A DNA stretch of 37,179 nt from Deinococcales bacterium (GCA_043778225.1 JAYWGM010000023.1:1-37179), one strand, 5' to 3'. Shown: positions 19,382 through 29,388, numbered from the stretch's first letter. The notes: generated by a model not told the origin, from the sequence alone. Translations and numbers: made by a program.

Positions 19382-19693
19382 TTAACCATGCCAAGCATAA
19401 TAACCACCTTGGTTATAGGCATGGGTAAAATTGGTTTCGTCAATCCAAGAGAATTTCTCGAGCAGCATGGTTTTGACTTGTTTTTGGGTTAATTCATTGG
19501 CAAAGGCTTTCTCGCACAGGTTATTGGCTAAATGCTGTGCGGCTTGAGCCTCTTTTTCGAGGGCTTGGGCATACTCGAGGCTAATGGTTGGCAGGCGTTC
19601 TTGGATGCGGGGGATAAGTGGCATTCCAAGCCGAGGACCCCAAGTCATGAGTTCGTCATAGGCAGTGTTTAAGTCAGCAGGCTCGAGGGTCAT
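19382..19693 (-). CDS. Hypothetical protein
   Basis: 103-aa ORF, ATGA-coupled to the upstream ORF. Confidence 0.7.
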   Translation of the reverse strand: MTLEPADLNTAYDELMTWGPRLGMPLIPRIQERLPTISLEYAQALEKEAQAAQHLANNLCEKAFANELTQKQVKTMLLEKFSWIDETNFTHAYNQGGYYAWHG

Positions 19694-19914
19694 GGCTTTT
19701 GGTTCTCGATTCTTAAAGGACGTAGATTTGTTTTACCCAAGCGCACTAATTCAGATGGTTGTTTATTGCTGTTTAATTCGGTTAGTAAAACATTAGGGAA
19801 ATCAGCAAAAGGATTGCCCCACCAATGTTCAAGTTTACTATCCCAGACTCGCCAATATCCTTGACCATCGGGTTTCGCTACAAAATGAGTTCTACGTTTT
19901 CCCATGATTATCAT
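19690..19914 (-). CDS. Hypothetical 74-aa protein (native stand-alone gene)
   Basis: MIIMGKRRTHF...; its ATG overlaps the native dehydrogenase TGA (ATGA). Confidence 0.6.
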   Translation of the reverse strand: MIIMGKRRTHFVAKPDGQGYWRVWDSKLEHWWGNPFADFPNVLLTELNSNKQPSELVRLGKTNLRPLRIENQKP

Positions 19915-21117
19915 TCGAGCGCATTCAAACCCGTTAAATCCCGTCCAATAATTAGAGTATGAATGTCGTGCAATAATTAGAGTATGAATGTCGTGCGTGC
20001 CTTCGTAAGTGTCTACCGTCTCGAGGTTGAGCATATGCCGAATAATTGGGTACTCGGTTGTAATCCCATTCCCACCATGCAATTCTCGAGCCAACCGCGC
20101 TCCTTGCAATGCCACGCGCACATTGTTGCGTTTTGCCATAGAAACTTGGGCGTAGTTCATTGTGCCACCATTTTTATGTTCGCCGAGGCGTTTTGCCATC
20201 AGCAGCCCAAGCGTGTGCTGGGTCGCCATCCAAGTCAGTTTGTCTTGTACCAGTTGCCGGGCGGCAATCGGTTTGCCAAAGGTCGTGCGGGTTTTGGTGT
20301 ACTCGAGGGTTTCGGTGTAGACCGCTTCGAGCGCCCCAAGTGCGCCCCACGCAATGCCGTACCGCGCTTGGGTCAGGCAACCGAGCGGCGATTTTAAGCC
20401 GCCAGACTTTGGAAGCAGGTTCTCGAGCGGAATTCGGCAATCCTCGAGGACAATTTCGCCAGTTATACTGGCGCGAAGGCTTTGCTTATTCTTAATTTTT
20501 GGCGTGCTAAAACCCTTGGCTTCTCGAGGCACAATAAAGCCACGAATCGTGTCTGTACCGTTTTCCTCGAGTTTCGCCCAGACTATGGCAATATCGGCAA
20601 TTGGGCTGTTGGTAATCCACATTTTTGAACCATTCAGAATGTACGAATCTCCGTCTTTAACGGCGCGTGTTCGCATTGCGCCGGGGTCAGAACCCCCGTC
20701 AGATTCGGTTAAGCCAAAGCAACCAATCATCTTTCCAGTGGCTAAGTCTGGAAGGTATTTTTTGCGCTGTTCTTCCGAGCCATACACAAAAATTGGGTAC
20801 ATCACCAGACTGCCCTGCACACTGGCACTGGAGCGCACCCCAGAATCTGCCCGCTCGAGTTCATAGCAAATTAAGCCGTAAGCGGTACTCGAGATGCCCG
20901 CCCCACCATATTCTTCGGGAATGGTCGGTCCTAGAAAACCCAGTTCGCCCATTCTCGAGAGCAATTCTCGAGGGAGAATACCTTCGTCCCACCATGCGCC
21001 AACGTGCGGAATGATTTCTTTATCCACAAATTCGCGTGCCAGTGCATGAATATCTTTTTCTTCGGGAGACAGGCTTTCGAGCGCCTTAAAATAATCGAAC
21101 ATACGGTATTTTGACAT
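19911..21117 (-). pseudogene. Acyl-CoA dehydrogenase (glutaryl-CoA dehydrogenase-like), frameshifted near its 3' end
   Basis: CFGLTE..GSDP, GSKMWITN, YEGTHDIHTLI; removing one 25-bp copy restores ...IIGRDLTGLNALE* (393 aa). Confidence 0.8.
19946..19995. repeat. Exact 25-bp tandem duplication
   Basis: CAATAATTAGAGTATGAATGTCGTG x2. Confidence 0.97.
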
Positions 21118-21217
21118 AAGCACTCGAGGATATAACAGGGCTATGGTTCGTTATTTTGATTTGCTTTAGCAATTCTTTCAAAAGTGATTGCGAAAAATTG
21201 CGATACAATAAAAGTAT

Positions 21218-22528
21218 ATGAACCTGAAACACTTTTTGATTTTAGTTGCTATGGCAGTTGGTATTGTTGCTATGGTTGCTTTTTCTATACCTATAATTGC
21301 TGATGTAATCGCGAAGCATTCATCCCGCTTTGAGGTTGTTATTCCGAAAACAGCTTCTAAACCACCCCAACCAGCAAAAACCCGAGATGGGCGTTGGGAA
21401 CAGGATTTAATGTATTTGAAAGCAGAGTTACCTCGCTTGCATATTCGCCCATTCACAAAGACAACAGCCAATGATTTTAATGCTCTAATTGATGCAACGA
21501 TTAAACGAGTTTCGCAATTATCTGAAGATGCTATGACCGTTGAAATTATGCGGATTGTTGCCAGTATCGGTGATGGTCACACAAATTTGCAGCCCCTTGC
21601 CCGATTTCATACTTTTCCAATTTGGTTGTGGTGGTTTCAAAACCAACTATATGTAGTGTATGCAGGTCAAGGCTTTGAATTTTTACTTGGGGCAAAACTC
21701 GAGCGAATCTCAAAATTTTCAGTACCTGAAGCGATAGAAAAAATTAAACCTTTCATCGGTGCGGATTCAACGATTGATCTTGAAACCTCAGCAGCGCGAA
21801 TTTTTATAGTTCCAGAAATACTGCACTTCAGTGGATTGCAACCACTACTAAAAAAAGGAGAGTTTACATTCATACTCTCGGATAAATCGGTCAAAAAGGT
21901 TGTATTGCAGGGCTTAGAACCATCTAAAATAACTTGGCGAGAAAGTTATCAAAATCAGCCTCAATACCTTGTAGATTTTAACAAAACTGTTTGGGTTAAG
22001 CAGCTCAAACAGCACAAAATAGGGTATGTCAAATACAATTCTTGCCGCGATTTTGCTGCTATGGCTGATGCTACCAAACAACTTTCGGAAATGTTGGAAC
22101 AATTTGAAATTGACAGAGTTATCCTTGATTTACGCGGTAATGGCGGAGGTCATTCAGAAGTTATTCGTCCATTGCTGGATATGCTCTTGCAACAACCTCT
22201 GCTGTTTCAGCCAAAACGTTTCTTTGTATTTATTGATAGTGACACTTATTCAAGTGCAATGATGAACGCATTAGATATTCGAGAGCGATTTCCTCACGCA
22301 ACTTTTGTAGGTAACACAACAGGTGGTTCACTTAATTTTTTTGGTGATTCTGATGACTTAATACTGCCTAATTCTAAACTAAAAGTAGTATATTCAACCC
22401 AGCACTTTGAATTATTAACAGGTCATCAAGGTGGACTTTCCCCAGATGTGTTTGTTAAACCAACATTTCAAGACTGGAAATTGGGTCGTGACCCTGTACT
22501 GAACTATGTTATTCAACAAATTAAATAA
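21218..22528 (+). CDS. S41 family peptidase, exported or membrane-anchored
   Basis: DGHT, ILDLRGNGGG, TYSSA, VGNTTGG, LPNS, PDV..DPVL. Confidence 0.85.
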   Translation: MNLKHFLILVAMAVGIVAMVAFSIPIIADVIAKHSSRFEVVIPKTASKPPQPAKTRDGRWEQDLMYLKAELPRLHIRPFTKTTANDFNALIDATIKRVSQLSEDAMTVEIMRIVASIGDGHTNLQPLARFHTFPIWLWWFQNQLYVVYAGQGFEFLLGAKLERISKFSVPEAIEKIKPFIGADSTIDLETSAARIFIVPEILHFSGLQPLLKKGEFTFILSDKSVKKVVLQGLEPSKITWRESYQNQPQYLVDFNKTVWVKQLKQHKIGYVKYNSCRDFAAMADATKQLSEMLEQFEIDRVILDLRGNGGGHSEVIRPLLDMLLQQPLLFQPKRFFVFIDSDTYSSAMMNALDIRERFPHATFVGNTTGGSLNFFGDSDDLILPNSKLKVVYSTQHFELLTGHQGGLSPDVFVKPTFQDWKLGRDPVLNYVIQQIK

Positions 22529-22573
22529 ACAGGTTTTGCGAAATTACTTTTATACATTCGGAATACAATCTGT

Positions 22574-23257
22574 CTATATGGTTAATTCTGGTTTGCCCGA
22601 GTTTTGAAGGTGCTGCTTCATCTGCTGGGCGGCTTTTTCTGGCTCATGGCTGCGAATCGCATCTAAAATTTTTTGATGCTCCAGTGTGCTGGGTGCGCCG
22701 CGTTGCAGAATTTGTGAAGCCAGCAACCCGATAAAATCTGAAACCAGTTGCTCGAGAATCGGGTTGCCACTGGCTCTTGCCACAAGGCGGTGGAAGCGTT
22801 CGTTTTCGTCGTTGTATGGTGCATTTTTGGCGTGATTTTGGTGGCTTTCTTGAATGATTCGGTCAAGGGCTAATAAATCGTCGCGGCTGCGTTTCTTGGC
22901 GGCTTCGGCAGCACTGTGCATCTCGAGAATGGTGCGGATTTCCCAGAGGTGTTTGGGATTGGTGCGTTCTGGGTTTAAGCGGCGCACCTGTAAAAACAGC
23001 AACTCGAGCGGCATATTGGCAACAAATGCGCCTTTACCTTGAAAGACTTCGATAATCCCTAGAGTTTTGAGTTTGGCGAGAGCTTCACGCACGACGCTTC
23101 GGGCAACCCCAAAGTGCTGGCTTAGTTCGGGTTCACTTGGCAGTCGGTCGCTGGGTTTGAGTTGCGAGTCGTTAATCCATTCGCCCATGCGCTCTGCCAC
23201 AATATCGCCGAGGCGTTGTCGGTCGAGTGGTTGGGCTTTTAAGATTGGTAAGCGCAT
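22574..23257 (-). CDS. GntR/FadR family regulator
   Basis: LPSEPELSQHFGVARSVVREAL wHTH; FCD domain FH..ASGN..EH..H. Confidence 0.93.
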   Translation of the reverse strand: MRLPILKAQPLDRQRLGDIVAERMGEWINDSQLKPSDRLPSEPELSQHFGVARSVVREALAKLKTLGIIEVFQGKGAFVANMPLELLFLQVRRLNPERTNPKHLWEIRTILEMHSAAEAAKKRSRDDLLALDRIIQESHQNHAKNAPYNDENERFHRLVARASGNPILEQLVSDFIGLLASQILQRGAPSTLEHQKILDAIRSHEPEKAAQQMKQHLQNSGKPELTI

Positions 23258-23345
23258 GATGAATTTTGTCCTCTAAGACGATGTAATACTGATTTTTCTG
23301 GCAACTTTCTCGAGAATGTGTCTTTTGCAAGGCTTAAAATGTGAC

Positions 23346-23390
23346 TTGACACTCGAACCAAGTCTATCATATCATCAGGTTGTCAGACAA
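23346..23390 (+). promoter_or_regulatory. Sigma70 promoter with FadR-type operator
   Basis: TTGACA (23346)-N18-TATCAT (23370); palindrome TTGTC-A-GACAA at 23380-23390. Confidence 0.65.
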
Positions 23391-23449
23391 GTTAATGGGT
23401 TGGGCAGATTGGTTGCGTTTTCTTCGTGACCAACACATGGAGGTTTCGT

Positions 23450-24652
23450 ATGAAGTATTGGAAAGCATTGGTTGTTGTTTCGGCAGCCCTGACCGTGGGC
23501 ATCAGCGCGGTTGGACAACAAAGCACAATTAAAATTGGGGCAATCACGACCCTGACTGGGCGACTTGCCGAATTTGGTAAGCAACAAAAAGCTGGTTTTG
23601 AACTGGCGGTGCGCGAAATTAATGGGCGTGGCGGCATCAACAAACAAAAAATCGAACTGATTCTCGAGGACAGTGCTTCGGATGTCAATAAAGGCTTGGC
23701 GGCTGCCGAAAAATTGGTCAACGCTGGTGTGGGCGTGGTGCTCAACGAGTATTCCTCAAGCATCGTCAAAGCCCAAGCCCAGTATTTATCGCGCCAAAAA
23801 GTGCCAAATATTGTTGTCTCGAGTTCGGATGAAAGCATCACCAAGCCGGGCTTTGATTATGTTTACCGCATTAACCCACCGACCGATGAGTACGCCAAAA
23901 TCCTGTTTCAAATTTTTGAAGATGTCAACATTAAAAGCGTTGCCATTTTGGCGGGTTCGGGTGCATTTGAAAAAAGTGTGCTGAATAGCGCTATTGACGA
24001 AGGCAAAGCCAAAAACATTGCAATTGTAGCGCAGCAAACCTACGACCGTGGTCTAACCGATTTTCGCCCAATCTTAAACGGCTTTAAGGCAAAATCCCCA
24101 GATGCGATTATGCTGGTTGGCTACCAAGAAGACAGCGTGGCGGTCATGCGCCAAGCCAAAGAAGTTGGCTTAAACCCCAAACTCTTTGCGGGTGGTGCAG
24201 CCGGATTTGCCCTGCCAGAATTTATGACTGGGGCGGGCGATGCCAGCGAATTTGTGGTGACCGCCACAGCTTGGGTGCCTGAAATGAAAACCCCCGGCAA
24301 TCCAAAGCTCTACACCGGTTTAATCACCCAACTTGGTGGACTCGAGCCAACTTATCATGCTGCCCAAGCCCACGCCAGTGTCTTGGTGGCTGCCGAAGCG
24401 ATTAAAAAAGCGGGTACTGCCACCGACCGCGAAGCGATTAACAAAGCGCTGCAAGCCTTGGATTTACAAACCCCTTACGGGCGGGTCAAGTTCGAGAATT
24501 ACTCGGGCTACAAAGGACAAAATCGTTTGGGTATGGTTGCCCAGCAAGTCCAGCGCAACGCTCGAGGCAAACTCGAGTTTGTGCCAGTCTATCCAAAGAG
24601 TTTATTCAATGCCAAGATGCTGTTTCCAACCCCAGCCTGGGAAAAGCGGTAA
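23450..24652 (+). CDS. LIV-family ABC transporter substrate-binding protein 1
   Basis: Signal peptide; IKIGAITTLTG..G..LAVREIN..GG; SD GGAGG. Confidence 0.92.
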   Translation: MKYWKALVVVSAALTVGISAVGQQSTIKIGAITTLTGRLAEFGKQQKAGFELAVREINGRGGINKQKIELILEDSASDVNKGLAAAEKLVNAGVGVVLNEYSSSIVKAQAQYLSRQKVPNIVVSSSDESITKPGFDYVYRINPPTDEYAKILFQIFEDVNIKSVAILAGSGAFEKSVLNSAIDEGKAKNIAIVAQQTYDRGLTDFRPILNGFKAKSPDAIMLVGYQEDSVAVMRQAKEVGLNPKLFAGGAAGFALPEFMTGAGDASEFVVTATAWVPEMKTPGNPKLYTGLITQLGGLEPTYHAAQAHASVLVAAEAIKKAGTATDREAINKALQALDLQTPYGRVKFENYSGYKGQNRLGMVAQQVQRNARGKLEFVPVYPKSLFNAKMLFPTPAWEKR

Positions 24653-24663
24653 AAGTCAAAACC

Positions 24664-24690
24664 GTAGGGGCGAGGCACGCCTCGCCCTAC
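24664..24690 (+). repeat. GTAG-type REP-like palindrome
   Basis: GTAGGGGCGAGGC-AC-GCCTCGCCCTAC between the two binding-protein genes. Confidence 0.75.
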
Positions 24691-24703
24691 CCAAAGGAAA
24701 ATC

Positions 24704-25864
24704 ATGAAAAAAATTCTGAGTATTCTGGCACTTGGTGCAGTTGGTCTGGTCTCGAGCCAAGCCCAAACCGAAACGATTAAAGTTGGCGCAATCACCAGTC
24801 TGACAGGGCGTTTTGCGACCTTTGGTAAAATGCAGAAAGCTGGCTTTAATGTGGCGTTGTCCGAAATCAATGCCAAAGGCGGCATCTTAGGGCGCAAAGT
24901 CGAAATGCTACTCGAGGACGATGCTTCTGACACCAACAAAGCCCTTGCGGCTGCCGAGAAATTGCAAAACGCTGGTGCGCCTCTGATGATTGGGGCATAT
25001 GCCAGTGGCATCACCAAGCCACTCAGTCAGTACGCAGCTCGAGTCAAACTGCCGCTTTTGGTGGCAACCGCCGTGGACGAAACGATCACCAAACCGGGCA
25101 ACGATTATACTTTTCGGGTCAATAACGCCTCGAGTGCCTATTCGGATGCGTTTTTTGAATTATTCGCGCAGTACAAAGGCATCAAAAAATTGGCGCTCTT
25201 AAACTCTAACGATGCTTTTGGTAACAGCATCGCCACCGATGTCGTCCGCATGAGTAAACGCGGCTACACTTTGGCAACTGATAAATACGACACGGGCTTG
25301 ACCGATTTTAGACCGATTCTGAACCGCTTTAAGGCTCAGAACCCCGATGTCGTGATGTTTGCCAGCTACGAAGCCGACAGCATTGCAATTATGCGCCAAG
25401 CCAAAGAAATTGGCTTAAAACCCAATTTTTTCTTTGCTGGTTTTGCAACTGGTTTTGCCCTGCCGAGCTTTCCAAAAAATGCCACCGATGCAGCCGATAA
25501 TATGTTGGTCAGTGTGGCATGGAACGACGATGTGCGTTACCCCGGCGCTCAAGAACTTTATAAGAACCTCAAAGCTGAACTTGGCGAAGAACCCAGTCAA
25601 CACGCGGCTCAATCGTATGCTGCCATGTTAGTGGCTGCCGATGCAATCAAACGGGCTGGCTCAATCACCGACCGCGAAAAAGTTCGTTTGGCACTCGAGA
25701 CTACCCGTATTTCGACTGGCTTTGGTCCTGTGCGCTTCTTGGATTACCGAGGCTTTAACAATCAAAATCCAGTTATTTCAATCATTACCCAGATTCAAAA
25801 AGGTAAACCAATCACAGTTTTTCCAGCGCGAATTGCCGAAGGTACAATTGTTGTACCAAAATAA
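24704..25864 (+). CDS. LIV-family ABC transporter substrate-binding protein 2
   Basis: Paralog of the upstream protein (shared AAAEKL, ITKPG, GLTDFRPILN, MRQAKE). Confidence 0.92.
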   Translation: MKKILSILALGAVGLVSSQAQTETIKVGAITSLTGRFATFGKMQKAGFNVALSEINAKGGILGRKVEMLLEDDASDTNKALAAAEKLQNAGAPLMIGAYASGITKPLSQYAARVKLPLLVATAVDETITKPGNDYTFRVNNASSAYSDAFFELFAQYKGIKKLALLNSNDAFGNSIATDVVRMSKRGYTLATDKYDTGLTDFRPILNRFKAQNPDVVMFASYEADSIAIMRQAKEIGLKPNFFFAGFATGFALPSFPKNATDAADNMLVSVAWNDDVRYPGAQELYKNLKAELGEEPSQHAAQSYAAMLVAADAIKRAGSITDREKVRLALETTRISTGFGPVRFLDYRGFNNQNPVISIITQIQKGKPITVFPARIAEGTIVVPK

Positions 25865-25884
25865 AGTAGCCGTTGCCTTGTTCT

Positions 25885-26003
25885 AAACCCCCTCAGCGAG
25901 CGCCCAAAGCCCGAAGCGACCATGCCCGTGAGGTGCGTGTATATGGTCAAGACAGGTGCTGCTTTAGGGGCAAGAGAGGGGGCGCCGTAGGCGGGGGGAG
26001 TTC
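25885..26003 (+). other. Structured intergenic element (long hairpin plus small hairpin)
   Basis: Nested pairings CCCCCTC/GAGGGGG, GCCCAAAGC/GCTTTAGGGGC, GACCAT/ATGGTC, CC-GTGA-GG apex; then CGCC-GTA-GGCG. Confidence 0.55.
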
Positions 26004-26076
26004 GTGAGAGGTCACGTTTTTTCTGTACAGTCTCGAGACTGAGTTATTGGTATTTTTGCGCTCGAGAAGGGGGTCT

Positions 26077-27000
26077 ATGGAAATTTTTACACAAGGCACA
26101 CAAGCCCTGATAGACGGCTTATTAACAGGTGGGATTTATGCCATGATTGGCGCGGGTCTCAGCCTGATTTTTGGAGTCATGCGGCTGATTAACTTTGGAC
26201 ATGGCGATTTTGTGATTTTGGGGATGTACTCTGCCTTTTTTGCTAATAAAGTAATTGGTTTTGACCCCTATCTAAGTTTAATTTTGGTGCTGCCTTTGGC
26301 GTATGGCTTAGGGTACGCGGTTCACCGCCTGATTTTATCCAAATTGCTCGGCGCGTCGGAGCAAACCACCAAACTTGCTACGCTGGGTTTGGGTTTGGTA
26401 GCGAGCAATTTAATGCTGTTGCAGTTTGGCGCGCAACCCCAGACGGTCTATGCCGATTATGCAACCAATGCCTTTGTGATTCCAATTGGTGGTCTCGAGT
26501 TTCGGATTTCTCAGGCGCGTTTAATTGCGGTTGTGATTACCGCGATTCTCATTTGGGGCTTAAATTGGATGCTCTACCGCACCGAACTTGGGCGGGCAAT
26601 TCGTGCCACCGCTCAGAACCGACTTGGCGCAGAATTACAAGGCGTGGACACCAAAAAAATTTACGCGATTGTCTTTGGGCTTGGTATGGGCTTGGCGGTA
26701 GCGGCGGGTGTGCTTTTAATTCCGTTGTTGTCAGCAACGCCAACGCTTGGCACAACCTTTACCAACAAGGCATTTATTGTCACGATTCTGGGTGGGCTAG
26801 GCAGCCTGCCAGGTGCGATTGGTGGTGGGCTGCTTTTGGGCGTGGTCGAGAGCGTTGGCTCGAGTGTGCTGCCTTTGATTCCAGCCCTGAACAATCATTT
26901 TGGCAGTAATTACCGCGATGCGTACGGTTTGATTATTTTCTTGTTGGTGCTGCTGTTGCGTCCTAATGGTCTGTTCGGCAGGACGGTGAAGCGGGTATGA
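26077..27000 (+). CDS. livH: LIV ABC permease (LivH-like)
   Basis: GLSLIFGVMRLINFGHG, GRAIRATAQN, ILGGLGS. Confidence 0.9.
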   Translation: MEIFTQGTQALIDGLLTGGIYAMIGAGLSLIFGVMRLINFGHGDFVILGMYSAFFANKVIGFDPYLSLILVLPLAYGLGYAVHRLILSKLLGASEQTTKLATLGLGLVASNLMLLQFGAQPQTVYADYATNAFVIPIGGLEFRISQARLIAVVITAILIWGLNWMLYRTELGRAIRATAQNRLGAELQGVDTKKIYAIVFGLGMGLAVAAGVLLIPLLSATPTLGTTFTNKAFIVTILGGLGSLPGAIGGGLLLGVVESVGSSVLPLIPALNNHFGSNYRDAYGLIIFLLVLLLRPNGLFGRTVKRV

Positions 27001-27956
27001 AAAACTGGCATCCGATGTATACCCTTGCGCTGGTGATTGGTATTTTGGCATTGTACCCACTGGTTTTTGGGCAATTTATGAACTTTGGCGTGGCAACCTT
27101 GCTTTTGGCTGGCTTTGCACTTTCGTGGGATATATTGGGCGGTTGGACTGGACAAAATAGCCTTGGTCATGCGGCTTTTTTAGGGGTCGGGGCATACAGC
27201 ATCACGCTTCTTGCCGAACTTGGGGTGCATCCAGCTTTGGGCGCATTGGCTGGTGTGGCGATCTCGAGCCTGCTGGCGTGGGGCTGGGGGGCAATGACTT
27301 TTCGCTTGCGAGGTTCGTACTTTACGTTGTCTACGATTGCAGTTGCCGAAATTATCCGCCTGATTATTTTGAATGAATCCTGGCTAACTGGTGGCGCAGA
27401 AGGTAAGTTTGTGCCAGACTTACCCAAAGTTTTTGGCTTTGATTTGTTTGACCGCAAAACCGAGTATTATATTGTGCTGCTTTTTGTGCTGCTGGTACTG
27501 CTTTTCACCCATTGGATGCGCTACTCGAGAATGGGTTTTTACTTTAAGGCGGTGCGCGAAGACGAAGACGGAGCAATGGCGCTGGGGGTTAATCCCAACA
27601 AAGCCAAACAACTGGCGTTTATTTGCTCGGCGGCTTTTACCGGCTTAGGTGGCGCGATTTATGCGGTCTTTTTACAGGCTTTTGAACCCGAAACATTTTT
27701 ATTGATTGCGATTAGCATTCAAATTGCACTGCTCGCCATCATCGGCGGTCGTGGCACAATTTATGGACCGTTGGTTGGGGCGTTTTTAATTGCTGTGCCA
27801 TCAGAAATTTTTCGCGCTCAACTTAAAGAAGCCAACCTTTTGGTCTACGGTATTCTGATTGTGGTGATTGTGATTTACTTGCCCAAAGGTATTCTTGGGT
27901 CGCTCGAGTATTGGCTGTATCGCAAAAATCATCCGCTCGAGAAAGGAAAAACATGA
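26997..27956 (+). CDS. livM: LIV ABC permease (LivM-like)
   Basis: GWTGQNSLGHAAF, RLRGSYF, AVREDE, IIGGRGT. Confidence 0.9.
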   Translation: MKNWHPMYTLALVIGILALYPLVFGQFMNFGVATLLLAGFALSWDILGGWTGQNSLGHAAFLGVGAYSITLLAELGVHPALGALAGVAISSLLAWGWGAMTFRLRGSYFTLSTIAVAEIIRLIILNESWLTGGAEGKFVPDLPKVFGFDLFDRKTEYYIVLLFVLLVLLFTHWMRYSRMGFYFKAVREDEDGAMALGVNPNKAKQLAFICSAAFTGLGGAIYAVFLQAFEPETFLLIAISIQIALLAIIGGRGTIYGPLVGAFLIAVPSEIFRAQLKEANLLVYGILIVVIVIYLPKGILGSLEYWLYRKNHPLEKGKT

Positions 27957-28678
27957 GCTTACTTAGCGCTCAGCACATTGGGGTGCAATTTGGTGGGGTC
28001 AAGGCGGTGCATGATGTCAGCCTGAGCTTAGAGGCTGGGCAGATTTTGGGTTTAATCGGACCCAATGGTGCGGGTAAAACCACGCTTTTTAATGCCTTGA
28101 CTGGGTTTGTCCCTAAAGCCAGTGGAAAAGTCATGCTTGGAAGCCGCGACATCACCAATACGCCGCCCTACGAATTACCAAAACTTGGTGTGGCACGAAC
28201 TTTTCAGGTCGAACGCCCTTTTGAGGATTTAACCGTCCTCGAGAATGTGATGATTAGTAGCTTCTTAAAGTACGCCCAGCCCAAAGTTGCTAAAGACCAT
28301 GCCCTAGCCATCCTCGAGCAAGTTGGACTTTTGGACCGAGCCAACCAAAAATGCTCTGAGCTAAACTTAGCGCGGCGTAGACGGCTCGAGATTGGCAAAG
28401 CGCTGGCACTTGAGCCAAAAGTGCTGTTTTTAGATGAAGTGATTGCGGGTCTTAACCCACCAGCCCAAGCCGAAATGATTACTTTTGTCAAAAGTCTGGC
28501 AGACAAAGGCATTGGCGTGGTGATGGTCGAACACATCATGCGGGTGATCATGACCCTTTCTGACCGTGTGATTTGTATGGCGTTTGGCGAAAAAATAGCC
28601 GAAGGTACACCGAGCCAAATCGCTCAAAATCCTGTGGTTATAGATGCGTACTTGGGTGGAGGTGACGACGATGACTGA
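27953..28678 (+). CDS. livG: LIV ABC ATP-binding protein (LivG-like)
   Basis: FGGVKAV, GPNGAGKTT, ARTFQ, LDE, VEH, AYLG. Confidence 0.9.
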   Translation: MSLLSAQHIGVQFGGVKAVHDVSLSLEAGQILGLIGPNGAGKTTLFNALTGFVPKASGKVMLGSRDITNTPPYELPKLGVARTFQVERPFEDLTVLENVMISSFLKYAQPKVAKDHALAILEQVGLLDRANQKCSELNLARRRRLEIGKALALEPKVLFLDEVIAGLNPPAQAEMITFVKSLADKGIGVVMVEHIMRVIMTLSDRVICMAFGEKIAEGTPSQIAQNPVVIDAYLGGGDDDD

Positions 28679-29387
28679 AGCCTTGTTGAGTGTCCAAAAT
28701 TTAGACCTTGCTTACGGCGATGTTCAAGTGGTGTTTGGGGTCTCGCTCGAGGTTCATGAGCGCGAACTGGTTGGTTTGGTTGGCGGCAACGGCAGTGGTA
28801 AAAGCACCATTCTACGGGCGGTCTCGGGGATGCTGAAAGCCAAAGCGGGCAGCATGACCTATCAAAAAAGCAGCATCAACGGCATCACACCACACAAATT
28901 AACCGACCTTGGGATAGCCCATGTGCCGATGGGCAGACAACTCTTTGGGGCAATGACGGTCGAAGAAAACCTCGAGATGGGGGCATATTTACCGCGCTGC
29001 AAGCCAAAGCGCAAAGAAAACCTCGAGAAAGTCTATGCTTTTTTTCCGCGCTTACTCGAGAAGCGCAAGCTCTTTGCGGGGGCATTATCGGGTGGCGAAC
29101 AACAGATGATTGCCATAGGACGCGCCCTGATGAGCGAACCCAAGTTACTTTTGATGGACGAACCCAGCCTAGGACTTGCGCCCAAAGTGGTACAGGAAGT
29201 GATGCAGGTGATTGACAGTTTGCGGCAGTTACAATTAACTGTGTTGTTGGTCGAACAAAACGTGCGCCAAGTCTTAAAAGTGACCGACCGCGCCTATGTT
29301 CTCGAGCATGGCAAGTTGATTATTACCGGCAACAGCAAGGATTTATTGCAAAATCCAGAGATTAAAAGGGCGTATCTTGGGCTTTAA
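28671..29387 (+). CDS. livF: LIV ABC ATP-binding protein (LivF-like)
   Basis: GGNGSGKST, LSGGEQQM, DEPSLGLAP, VEQN. Confidence 0.92.
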   Translation: MTEALLSVQNLDLAYGDVQVVFGVSLEVHERELVGLVGGNGSGKSTILRAVSGMLKAKAGSMTYQKSSINGITPHKLTDLGIAHVPMGRQLFGAMTVEENLEMGAYLPRCKPKRKENLEKVYAFFPRLLEKRKLFAGALSGGEQQMIAIGRALMSEPKLLLMDEPSLGLAPKVVQEVMQVIDSLRQLQLTVLLVEQNVRQVLKVTDRAYVLEHGKLIITGNSKDLLQNPEIKRAYLGL

Positions 29388-29388
29388 G

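Noticed and set aside
19690..21123. 477-aa acyl-CoA dehydrogenase with a novel C-terminal domain as an evolved architecture
   Set aside because: Fully explained by the 25-bp duplication; the native stop and ATGA coupling are still visible
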